This document shows positions 28,020 through 37,008 of a stretch of 64,000 nt of DNA, in pieces. The DNA comes from Patescibacteria group bacterium (GTDB lineage Bacteria > Patescibacteriota > Patescibacteriia > JAHIZJ01). How positions within the stretch are numbered: position 1 is the first letter of the stretch; the number at the start of each line of letters is the position of its first letter. The stretch covers positions 128,232 to 192,231 of the forward strand of contig JAQTMH010000004.1 of the NCBI GenBank assembly GCA_028714495.1, in the 5' to 3' direction. The position numbers were made by a program, and so were the translations under genes. A model generated the notes under the pieces. That model did not search any database. It was not told the DNA's origin and saw only the letters and a list, made by a program, of their open reading frames with translations.

Positions 28020-28478
28020 ATGCCGCAGCAGTTTACTGTGCCACAATTTATCGACGTCGAAGATAAAATATTCGGACCGATTTCAGTCCGGCAGTTCGTG
28101 GTTATTTTGGGCGGCGGGTTTATCGAAATTATCCTGTACTTTGCCTCTCCCTTTGTAGTTTTCATCATTTTGGGCTTGATTGTCCTCGGCCTGATAGTGT
28201 TATTCGCCTTTTTCAAGATAAACGGACAATATTTTCATGTCTTTCTGATCAATTTGGCCACAACCGTACGCCAACCCAAACTTCAGCTCTGGAAGAAATC
28301 ATATGACCCGAAAGAATTGGAGGAGAAGAAAAAAGAAACCGCCCCGCCCGGCATTGTCCCCCCGCGAGCCAGCCCCACTTCCAGCCGCCTCCAGGAATTA
28401 GCCTTGATTGTTGATACCGGAGGAGCCTACGGCGAAGAATCTTGGGAAATAGCAAAAGAAGATAAAGACATCGTTTAA
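28020..28478 (+). CDS. PrgI / VirB3-like membrane protein
   Basis: QFTVPQFIDVEDKIFGPISVRQF followed by two TM helices. Confidence 0.85.
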   Translation: MPQQFTVPQFIDVEDKIFGPISVRQFVVILGGGFIEIILYFASPFVVFIILGLIVLGLIVLFAFFKINGQYFHVFLINLATTVRQPKLQLWKKSYDPKELEEKKKETAPPGIVPPRASPTSSRLQELALIVDTGGAYGEESWEIAKEDKDIV

Positions 28479-28490
28479 ATCTCATAACTT

Positions 28491-29162
28491 ATGGCCAAAC
28501 AAAAAGCCATCGCCTCGCCCACCCAGAAACACGTTCCGATCGCTGAGATTCGGGATAATACGGTAGTACTTAAAGACGGCACGGTCCGAGCCGTAATTTT
28601 GGTTTCCTCAATCAATTTCGCTCTCAAATCCGAGGACGAGCAAAACGCCATTATTCAGGCCTACGTTGAGTTTTTAAACTCTTTTGAATTTCCCGTTCAA
28701 ATTCTGATTCAATCGCGAAAGTTGGATATTGATGAGTATCTCGAACGCTTGGATAAAACTGAAAAAGAACAGACCAATGAGCTTTTAAAAATGCAGACGC
28801 GGGAGTACCGTAAGTTTATCGCGGAGCTGATCGAGATGGCCGACATTATGAGCAAACGTTTTTACGTGGTGGTACCATTTGATCCTCAGTACCAGAAGAA
28901 AGCTAAAAAATTCCTCGACCGGGTAAAAGAACTCTTTGCCCCAAGCAAAGTTATTCAGCTCAAGCGCAGCCAATTTGAAAAATATCGCACAGAATTATCG
29001 AAGCGAGTTGATTTTTTGGTCAGCGGTCTTGGGGCAATGGGTTTGAAGGCGGTGGCCCTCGATACCCAGAGCTTGATTGAACTATATTACAATACTTACA
29101 ATCCGGAGACCTATGATCAGCAGCAGCTCGTGCCGGTAGAAAAGTTACAAATCGAAAACTAA
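28491..29162 (+). CDS. TraC-like / VirB4 N-terminal-like protein
   Basis: VSSINFALKSEDEQNAII...FPVQILIQSRKLDI...FYVVVP. Confidence 0.8.
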   Translation: MAKQKAIASPTQKHVPIAEIRDNTVVLKDGTVRAVILVSSINFALKSEDEQNAIIQAYVEFLNSFEFPVQILIQSRKLDIDEYLERLDKTEKEQTNELLKMQTREYRKFIAELIEMADIMSKRFYVVVPFDPQYQKKAKKFLDRVKELFAPSKVIQLKRSQFEKYRTELSKRVDFLVSGLGAMGLKAVALDTQSLIELYYNTYNPETYDQQQLVPVEKLQIEN

Positions 29163-29163
29163 T

Positions 29164-31089
29164 ATGGCTAATATCAATTTATCCAAACAAGCCCAACCAG
29201 TTCAGGAACAAGTCGGACCAAAGCCGGCCCTCTCGACCCAAGAAAAAAAAGAAGTTGAGACGGGCGCGATTGAACGCGAGAAGCGGGCAATCGAAGCCGA
29301 GCGGATCTACCGAGAAGGCGTGGTGACGATTCAGGACTTGATTGCCCCGCCGGCCCTCAAGGTAATGCCGAATTATATTGAACTGGGCGGCAAATTTATC
29401 CGGACAATATTTGTTACGACCTATCCGCGCTTTGTCTCGGTTGGCTGGTTTGCTCCGATAGTCAATTTAAATCTAACGCTGGATATCGCGATGTTCTTTT
29501 ACCCGATCAGCTCGGATATCATATTGAAGCAACTTCGGAATAAAGTAGGCGCCCTCGAAGCCCAGATCATGGGTGACGCGGAAAAGGGATCAGCCCGCGA
29601 TCCGATGATTGAAACGGCGCTCCGGGACGTGGAGAAGCTCCGGGACGATTTGACCCAGGGAATGGAAAAATTTTTCCAATTCGCGCTCTACGTGACGATC
29701 TATGCCGATTCGCTGAAAGAATTAAACGAACTTTCGGATCGGATTGAAGGCATGTTTGGTTCGCGACTAGTCTACAGCAAGCGAGTTTATTATCAGGCTG
29801 AACAGGGTTTTAATACCACCTTGCCATTGGCGACTGATCTGCTGAATATTGCTTTCAATATGAACACCTCGCCCTGCGCGTCGTCTTTTCCTTTCATTTC
29901 TTCCGAATTGACCTCTGACAACGGCATTCTCTACGGCATCAATCGGCACAATAACAGCCTGATTCTTTTCGATCGCTTCAGCCTCCAGAATGCCAATTCC
30001 TGCGTTTTTGCCACCTCGGGCGCGGGCAAAAGCTATGCCGTGAAACTGGAAGTTCTGCGCAGCCTGATGCTTGGCACTGACGTCATCATTATTGATCCGG
30101 AAAAAGAATACAAATATCTCTCTGACGCGGTTGGGGGAGCCTACGTTAATATCTATTTAAATTCTGATTCCAAAATAAATCCTTTTGATCTGCCGCGGCC
30201 CGTGGGCGAAGCCGACAAGCCGGCCGACATCATTCGTTCGGCGGTCATAACGCTGAAAGGGCTGATGCGCCTGATGTTGGGAGAATTTACTCATGAGGAA
30301 GATTCATTAGTTGACCGGGCTTTGATTGAAACCTATGCCAAGAAAGACATCACGGCCGACTCCGACCTGACTAAAATTGAGGCGCCTCTGATGTCCGATT
30401 TCGAAGAAGTGCTTTCGGGCATGGAGGGCGGCGATCAGCTGGTCAAACGTTTGAAGAAATATACCGAAGGTACGTTCTCCGGTCTCTTTAATAGCCCCAC
30501 CAATATCGACGTCAAAAACCAGCTGGTCATATTCAGCGTGCGCGACTTGGAAGACGAGCTAAGACCGATCGCCATCTATATTATTGTCAATTACATCTGG
30601 AACATAGTCCGCTCCGAGCTGAAAAAGAGAATTATGGTAATTGATGAAGCCTGGTGGCTGATGCAAAACGAAGATTCAGCCAAATTTATCTATGCCCTGG
30701 TCAAACGTTGCCGCAAATACTACCTCGGTGTTACTACCATCACCCAGGACGTAAATGATTTCTTGCGCTCGCCCTACGGTCAGGCGATTGTCACCAATTC
30801 CTCGCTTCAGCTGCTGCTTAAGCAATCACCGGCCGGGGTTGATATCTTGGCCAAAACATTTCTTCTGACCCAGGGAGAGAAATATCTGCTGCTGGAGTGC
30901 GGTGTCGGCGAGGGGATTTTCTTTGCCGGGGCTCGACACGCCGCCATCAAAGTAGTCGCTTCCTATACCGAGGACCAGGTGATAACTTCCGATCCAAAAC
31001 AGCTCTTGGAGATCGAGGCGGCGAAAAAGGAATTTGAACAATCAATGGCCGATGATGAAGGGGTTGAATCAGCCGCGCCCAGGTCCTAA
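29164..31089 (+). CDS. VirB4-like ATPase
   Basis: Walker A ATSGAGKS, IIDPEKEY, Walker B VIDEAW, RKY...ITQ. Confidence 0.92.
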   Translation: MANINLSKQAQPVQEQVGPKPALSTQEKKEVETGAIEREKRAIEAERIYREGVVTIQDLIAPPALKVMPNYIELGGKFIRTIFVTTYPRFVSVGWFAPIVNLNLTLDIAMFFYPISSDIILKQLRNKVGALEAQIMGDAEKGSARDPMIETALRDVEKLRDDLTQGMEKFFQFALYVTIYADSLKELNELSDRIEGMFGSRLVYSKRVYYQAEQGFNTTLPLATDLLNIAFNMNTSPCASSFPFISSELTSDNGILYGINRHNNSLILFDRFSLQNANSCVFATSGAGKSYAVKLEVLRSLMLGTDVIIIDPEKEYKYLSDAVGGAYVNIYLNSDSKINPFDLPRPVGEADKPADIIRSAVITLKGLMRLMLGEFTHEEDSLVDRALIETYAKKDITADSDLTKIEAPLMSDFEEVLSGMEGGDQLVKRLKKYTEGTFSGLFNSPTNIDVKNQLVIFSVRDLEDELRPIAIYIIVNYIWNIVRSELKKRIMVIDEAWWLMQNEDSAKFIYALVKRCRKYYLGVTTITQDVNDFLRSPYGQAIVTNSSLQLLLKQSPAGVDILAKTFLLTQGEKYLLLECGVGEGIFFAGARHAAIKVVASYTEDQVITSDPKQLLEIEAAKKEFEQSMADDEGVESAAPRS

Positions 31090-31121
31090 GCCTGGATAAT
31101 TTGACTTATTAAAATAAATTT

Positions 31122-31760
31122 ATGAAAGGTTTCCGGATTATCATCATCATTATAGGAGTCTTAGTGGTTTTGTCGGCGATAATTTTGGTAGTGACGCGTT
31201 TCACGGGTTCATCAAAGAATGACAACGCCAACACCGGGAACACAAACAACACCCAGATTATCAACAACACCGCTCCGGCTAACAATAATACGAACCAAAC
31301 CGCTAATTCGAATAATGCTAACACCAACTCAGGTAACAATACCAACAAAAATACCAATACCGCGCCAGTTACTCCAACTGGCGAGGCAAGCTTAAAAGCC
31401 ACGGCCCGGAGTTTCGCCGAGCGCTTCGGCACCTTTTCAAATTACAGCGATTACGAAAACGTCGAGCACTTACTGCCCTACATGACCCAGCGGATGAAGA
31501 AATGGGCGAATAAGTACATCGAAGAACAAAGAGCCAAACCGCCCTATACCGGCATTTACAGCGGAACCACGACCAAGGCCTTATCGGTAAAAACCTCAAG
31601 TTTTGAGGAAGCTGCCGGTACGGCCGAATTTCTAGTCAGCACCCAGCGCAAGGAATCAACCGGCACGACTTCCAACGCTCGCATATATTATCAAGACATC
31701 AAGATAAAGTTTGTTAAAGAGCAGTCAGTTTGGAAAGTTGATGAGGCCTGGTGGCAATAA
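31122..31760 (+). CDS. Membrane-anchored protein with Asn/Thr-rich linker and possible NTF2-like (VirB8/TcpC-like) domain
   Basis: N-terminal TM, NNTN repeats, ARSFAERFGTFS...WKVDEAWW. Confidence 0.65.
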   Translation: MKGFRIIIIIIGVLVVLSAIILVVTRFTGSSKNDNANTGNTNNTQIINNTAPANNNTNQTANSNNANTNSGNNTNKNTNTAPVTPTGEASLKATARSFAERFGTFSNYSDYENVEHLLPYMTQRMKKWANKYIEEQRAKPPYTGIYSGTTTKALSVKTSSFEEAAGTAEFLVSTQRKESTGTTSNARIYYQDIKIKFVKEQSVWKVDEAWWQ

Positions 31761-31769
31761 AATCCTGAC

Positions 31770-32501
31770 ATGGCAAGCCCTTCAGATAATTTAAACAACC
31801 AACCAGGAAGGCCAAGGGGATCTTCAAAAGACATTAAAAACCGGACTGGAAAATCGCGTTCTCCAGGAGAAAATATCAATCGGCAAAAAGGCCGGTTGCC
31901 TGAAAACCAGATGGGTTTGGACAGGCAAAGGGGCAGGGATTTTCGAACCCGAGAACGACAGGCGGAATCCATGGGTTCTCCATTAAGCCCGGCAGGTATT
32001 CAAGGCCGGCTAGGTAACGTCTTGAATCGTTCAGTCGATGATTTTGATAGTCGTCGGACCATCGGTGGCCTTCGCGGGCAGAGCACGGCGGGGATGAAGG
32101 ACGATATCACAAGTCCGGCTGAGCAGAGAGCGGCCAGCCGGCGGATGGGCAGCGCTAAGGCTCAAGCGGCTCAAGCCGCGGTTCAAGCCATAGCCGAAGG
32201 TGAGGGGAAAGGACAGGTGGCTGAAGCGGCCGCGGCGGCAGCGCTCGAAGCTAAAAAAATACAGCAATTTCGATTAATTTTGTTGGCTATCAGAGGCGGC
32301 AGCGCGATTACAGTCGTCGGCATCATTATCACGATTCTTATCTGGGGCATTCAGCTGATCGTCGGCCATATCATGGGCCATGAAAAATGGAAGATGTCGA
32401 AGTGGGAACTGCCCTTCGCGATAATCATCTGGGTATTAGTATTTTTTGCTGTCGTGGTGCAGTTTAGTATTTGGGCATTGTACCTGAAGATTATTCAATA
32501 A
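31770..32501 (+). CDS. Hypothetical membrane protein
   Basis: Disordered basic N-terminus, C-terminal TM helices, in operon context. Confidence 0.7.
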   Translation: MASPSDNLNNQPGRPRGSSKDIKNRTGKSRSPGENINRQKGRLPENQMGLDRQRGRDFRTRERQAESMGSPLSPAGIQGRLGNVLNRSVDDFDSRRTIGGLRGQSTAGMKDDITSPAEQRAASRRMGSAKAQAAQAAVQAIAEGEGKGQVAEAAAAAALEAKKIQQFRLILLAIRGGSAITVVGIIITILIWGIQLIVGHIMGHEKWKMSKWELPFAIIIWVLVFFAVVVQFSIWALYLKIIQ

Positions 32502-32553
32502 TACTGTCGGACTGATACTGTTTTAAATTCGCTATATTAGCTATAATGCTTAT

Positions 32554-33693
32554 ATGAGAAAAAATCCAAAAACCAAGGCTTTTATTCTGGGTTTAGGTCT
32601 GGCGATTGTCTTGACCGGTTTGATTATTATTCCGGCGGCCAGCGTCCCTGGTCTGGTCAGCCAGGCTCGGGCTGCCAGTGATTCAAGCGTGCCCCCGCCC
32701 TGCAATCAGTGTGGTGAAGGTCAAATTTGTTTAAATGTCTGGATTAACACTTGGTGTGTAACAAATCTGGCGGAGTATATATCAATATTTTATCGATACT
32801 TTATTGGGATAATCGGAATATTCGCGGTCGCCATGATAATGTTCGGAGGATTCAAATGGATTACCGCCAGCGGTAATTCTGAAAAGATCAACCAGGCCAA
32901 GGATAATATCACCTCAGCCATTATCGGCGTAGTTATCGCGTTGTTTTCTTACGTCCTGCTTCAGACCATTAATCCGATGATCACTTCGTTAAAGAGTGAC
33001 ATATCCGGTATCACCGGGATAGAAGGCGCCTATTCGCAAATTTGCCAGAATCTGTATGGAGCTGGCTGGCAGGCCAAGGTTGGCAAAGGGGCTGATTTTA
33101 ACGCAGAATGCGGCGATGAGTTGGATATAATAGACGCTGCGGGAAACCCTACGGGCGTCAAGTGCTATGGTGGACATTGCGCAGAGGGTCAAATATGCGG
33201 CTTCTCGGTAATGAGTGGTTATAAATGTGGTACTCCAAAAAAATTATGCGAAGATACCGATAAAACTAAATGCCGACAGACTGATTCGATAATCAAGGCG
33301 TCGCAAGCAGAGGGCGCCATTGATTATGGCTGCGCGAAAAGAATTGATAATACTTGGTCAATAACCGGCCTTTATGCCGCTGAAGGCGCTGACGAATGCG
33401 TTTACAACCCGGTAATAAAGAAAGAACAATGGGAGGCGGCCGGGTACGAAAGAGTAAATTGTGGAGAATCGGAAGCAAAAAATAGATGTTGGTATATGCC
33501 GGGCAATGCAAAAATGCCAGCCTGTAAAACTGTTGGCGTTAATATCCCTCTTATAGGTTATTTACAAATTGACGCTAGAATGCGTTGTTGTACTGATTCT
33601 GAACGGCCAATAGTTGGAGCCAACACCGTTTGCGTCAGGAAGGTGGGCCTGCCGCCGAACGATCCTGAATCATATACTCTCTGGGAGCCGTAA
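32554..33693 (+). CDS. CPR VirB2/TrbC-like pilin with Cys-rich extracellular domain
   Basis: GGFKWITASGNSEKINQAKDNITSAIIG...LLQTINP; many Cys. Confidence 0.8.
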   Translation: MRKNPKTKAFILGLGLAIVLTGLIIIPAASVPGLVSQARAASDSSVPPPCNQCGEGQICLNVWINTWCVTNLAEYISIFYRYFIGIIGIFAVAMIMFGGFKWITASGNSEKINQAKDNITSAIIGVVIALFSYVLLQTINPMITSLKSDISGITGIEGAYSQICQNLYGAGWQAKVGKGADFNAECGDELDIIDAAGNPTGVKCYGGHCAEGQICGFSVMSGYKCGTPKKLCEDTDKTKCRQTDSIIKASQAEGAIDYGCAKRIDNTWSITGLYAAEGADECVYNPVIKKEQWEAAGYERVNCGESEAKNRCWYMPGNAKMPACKTVGVNIPLIGYLQIDARMRCCTDSERPIVGANTVCVRKVGLPPNDPESYTLWEP

Positions 33694-33722
33694 TATTTAG
33701 TAGACTTTTCGGAATAATTTAA

Positions 33723-34964
33723 ATGACTCTTTCACCAAGGACCAAAAAAATAATTTTCATTAGCCTGGTTGTTATCGTGACTGGCTTGTTAGCCTACGGT
33801 ATTTATTTTCTATTTTTCCAGCAGCTCATAACGCCGGAAAATGAAAATAAAAACGCTAACGGAAATGTGAATGGAGGAACATTGCCGAATACGAACGTCA
33901 ATCGTTTAGTCAACCGAAATACCAACGTGAACACCAACGGCGCGACGAACTTACCCCAAATATCTGATATTGCCAATGGCGGATTGACCAAGGTGACTGA
34001 CGTGGCTGATGTGGCCGTGGAAGCTGGGGCGCCGACGAGCGACCGGACCGGCTACGTCTATTACGATTCGGCGACGCATAAGTTTTACCAGATATTAGCC
34101 AATGGCGAGCGTGTCGAGCTTTCAGATAAAGAGTTTTATGACGTAGCCAATGTGGCCTGGTCGCCGGACCGCAATCAGGCGATTATGGCCTATCCTGACG
34201 GCAGTAAAATATATTACAATTTTAAAAGCGGCCAGACCGTCACCTTGCCGAAGGAGTTAAATGACGTGCATTTTTCCGAGGCCGGAGATAAAATTGCCTA
34301 CGAATTTCTGGGCGAGGAGGAAAACGAGCGCTGGCTGGCCATAGCCAACCCTGACGGCAGCGGACAGCAAATACTCGAACCGCTCGGCGATCGCGACAAC
34401 CGCGTCGAAGTCAATATGTCTCCGGATGCCCAGGTGGTGGGTATTTATCGCGAGGGGATCGGCGTCGATCAGGAGGAGATTTATTTCCTGGGCCAGCACG
34501 GCGAGAATTTTAAATCAATGGTGGTTGACGGGGCTGGTTTTGAAGGCCAGTGGACGCCCCAAGGCGATAAGCTGCTTTACAGCGTTTATAATTCAGAAAG
34601 TGATTATAAGCCGGAATTGTACATTGTAGACGCCCGGGGAGAGAATATTGGTTTAAATAAGCTAGATCTGGATTTGAACACCTGGTCTGACAAATGCGCC
34701 TTTTCCGGATCGAGTCTTTACTGCGCCGTGCCAAATGATTTGCCGACTGGCGCCGGATTGGACCCGAGCTTAGCCAGCCAAACGACTGACAGTTTTTACC
34801 AAGTAAATCTAGAAACAGGCCAGAAGTCCTTATTGGCCATACCCTATTCGGGCTCCAGTCAGATCGGCTATTCGGCCGAAGGCGTCTATCTCTCGCTTGA
34901 CGGCAGTTACCTGTACTTTCGCAATGCTCTCACGGGCAAGCTTGATAAGATACAGATAAAATAA
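33723..34964 (+). CDS. Membrane-anchored TolB/WD40-like beta-propeller protein
   Basis: N-terminal TM, Asn-rich linker, WSPD/FSEAG/MSPDA/WTPQG blade motifs. Confidence 0.78.
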   Translation: MTLSPRTKKIIFISLVVIVTGLLAYGIYFLFFQQLITPENENKNANGNVNGGTLPNTNVNRLVNRNTNVNTNGATNLPQISDIANGGLTKVTDVADVAVEAGAPTSDRTGYVYYDSATHKFYQILANGERVELSDKEFYDVANVAWSPDRNQAIMAYPDGSKIYYNFKSGQTVTLPKELNDVHFSEAGDKIAYEFLGEEENERWLAIANPDGSGQQILEPLGDRDNRVEVNMSPDAQVVGIYREGIGVDQEEIYFLGQHGENFKSMVVDGAGFEGQWTPQGDKLLYSVYNSESDYKPELYIVDARGENIGLNKLDLDLNTWSDKCAFSGSSLYCAVPNDLPTGAGLDPSLASQTTDSFYQVNLETGQKSLLAIPYSGSSQIGYSAEGVYLSLDGSYLYFRNALTGKLDKIQIK

Positions 34965-34973
34965 TCAAAAAAT

Positions 34974-35714
34974 ATGGCAGAAAAACCCATTCAAACGCAC
35001 ACCAAGGTTAAAACAGCGGTAGTTGTCACCATCGGGGTTATCGCCTTTTTAGTAATCGCCTTGCTAATCGTAATATTTAGGAACGTGATCGCTGAAGGAT
35101 TATTCAGCCGGGTAAAAGTTACCTATGAAGGAATGTATAATCCATTCGTAATCTCAGGCAATGCCCTGGTGACTGCCGCGGAAAAAGAAATCTCCGGCCA
35201 GCCGGAACTCCGGCCGACTGATCCGACGCAAGGTTCAAGCAGTCCGAAAATAAAGATTTTTGAATTCGGGAGTTTTAATAGCGGTTACTCGGCTGCCGCC
35301 CAAAGCGTAGTGGAACAAATAGTAACGGATTATGGTGGCGAAGTTCAGATTATCTGGAAAGATTATTTTGACCAAACCGACTCAATCGCCAGGCTCGGCG
35401 CCGAAGCAGCACGGTGTGGCCAACAGCAAAATAAATTTTGGGAAATGCAAAAAGTGATTTATCAAACCCAGGGGGGATTTACCAGGGACAAGCTGATTGA
35501 GTTGGCGAAGGGTTTAAATCTGAACCTAGACAATTTTAATAGTTGCCTGGATAAAAAAGAAGTTGACGGCGTAATAGACCAAAATATCAGCGAAGCGATC
35601 CAGCTACACTTGCCTGGCGCTCCGATATTCTTCGTGGATGATAAAGTGCTGAAAGGCGTAGTGACTTACCGGGAGTTTGAAGCGCTGGTGAAACAGGAAT
35701 TGAAGGGTAAATAG
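34974..35714 (+). CDS. DsbA/thioredoxin_4-like protein lacking the catalytic CxxC
   Basis: PKIKIFEFGSFNSGYSAAA in place of EFSDFQCPYC; AEAARCGQQQNKFWEM; GAPIFFVD. Confidence 0.8.
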   Translation: MAEKPIQTHTKVKTAVVVTIGVIAFLVIALLIVIFRNVIAEGLFSRVKVTYEGMYNPFVISGNALVTAAEKEISGQPELRPTDPTQGSSSPKIKIFEFGSFNSGYSAAAQSVVEQIVTDYGGEVQIIWKDYFDQTDSIARLGAEAARCGQQQNKFWEMQKVIYQTQGGFTRDKLIELAKGLNLNLDNFNSCLDKKEVDGVIDQNISEAIQLHLPGAPIFFVDDKVLKGVVTYREFEALVKQELKGK

Positions 35715-35721
35715 CTGCCAG

Positions 35722-35793
35722 AGAATTCAAAATGTAAAATGCAAAATTTAGGTTGCCGCCGTAGGCGGATACCAACATTTTTAATTTTGAGTT
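35722..35793. repeat. Heptamer-repeat inverted element with ccgccgtaggcgg core
   Basis: gaattcaaaatgtaaaatgcaaaatt...ccgccgtaggcgg...atttttaattttgagttt. Confidence 0.65.
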
Positions 35794-35871
35794 TCTTCCC
35801 TGACCCAACGGATTTCGTATACTTTTATCCGAGGATCTTTGCCGGTGGTATACAGCGATACCCGCCCAGCA

Positions 35872-35899
35872 GTCATGCCGGACTTGATCCGGCATCTCC
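35872..35899. repeat. REP/RPE-like palindrome (half element)
   Basis: gtcatgccggacttgatccggcatctcc, related to the start of the 17021 element. Confidence 0.75.
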
Positions 35900-35933
35900 A
35901 TTATCAACCCGAGGTGAATAATTATATAGACCA

Positions 35934-36112
35934 TACCCGCCTCTGGTTGGTACTTAATCAGCCTTACCTATTTTCATTATCCATCTAGCTTTTTCCAGCT
36001 AGGTTAATAAAGGGGGCCTACGGCGGGTTATTTGCCTATGGCTCCGCTTTCGTTTGGCCTGAAAATATTGTTAAGGAGCTCTATGATTGTTGGTGTGAAG
36101 GCAAATAAAAAA
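35934..36112. repeat. Dispersed ~180-bp structured element, copy 2
   Basis: See 23645-23824. Confidence 0.9.
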
Positions 36113-36230
36113 AGACGGCAGGTGTCGTCTCGACATGGGTATCATGGGTGCCAAAGCCGGGCTTTGACTTGGGGGATTCTAATCCCGATACCTGTCATAT
36201 GAGACGATAACTGCCGTTATGTGCCGGAAG

Positions 36231-36629
36231 CTACGCTAGAGCTGGCACAGCCGCCTCGGTCGCCATGGACGCACGCGCGTCAGGTACGGGGCTGACCCGG
36301 AGGTCAAAGGGCTCGGCACCGCAGGCGCGGATGAGCTCTTCATCACCACCGAGAAAGACTACCCGTCTGGCGGGATTGACCATGTGTCCGGCCCGATTCC
36401 TGTACGGCTGCGTAGAGGCGAGCCAGTTGGTCAGACTGAGGTTACCCTCGGACGCGACCACGCCGCACACCTTGCCGGGTCGGACTTCGTTGGAGCAGAC
36501 CTCCAGGTCTCTGATTGTGTTCGGACTGCCTGCCACAGCGAATCTGATACCGGGTGTGTGCGTGTGACTGCCATCTTTGCCATTAACGTGATTGAAACAG
36601 CACATGTGGATCTCCCGATCTTTGTACAA
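36231..36629 (-). CDS. Hypothetical protein
   Basis: ORF with purine-rich SD candidates (TTG 36629 or ATG 36605) followed by a long hairpin; no recognisable motif. Confidence 0.45.
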   Translation of the reverse strand: MYKDREIHMCCFNHVNGKDGSHTHTPGIRFAVAGSPNTIRDLEVCSNEVRPGKVCGVVASEGNLSLTNWLASTQPYRNRAGHMVNPARRVVFLGGDEELIRACGAEPFDLRVSPVPDARASMATEAAVPALA

Positions 36630-37008
36630 CCCTTCCTGGGTTGTGGGTTTAGAAGAGGACCTCCTTACCTCCGTGTGGTTGTAATAGCCCTAGTCAGGTG
36701 AACTTATTCTTCATCCAACCCCTCCTTCCCCTCTTCGAAGTTCTGATCCTGGCAGTGCCTGGCACTGCTCCAGCCTGGTTCCTCCTCGGGAAAAAGTGGG
36801 GGAGAGCGCGGCAGTTGACAAATGGCGTTGGCTTGGATACGTGGAGATCGGGAGAAGACCACGATACCCATTGCCCAGCGCCTTACTTGTTCATACGTGT
36901 CCGGCTCTCCCATAAACCTGTTTATCTCTAGAAGAGAGGTACTCGATAACCCAGAATACAAAGAGCGTATTTTTATAATACGCTAATTTGCTAATATGTC
37001 AAGCTGGG

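Noticed and set aside
26253-35714. ICE or prophage
   Set aside because: No integrase, relaxase, att sites or phage structural genes seen.
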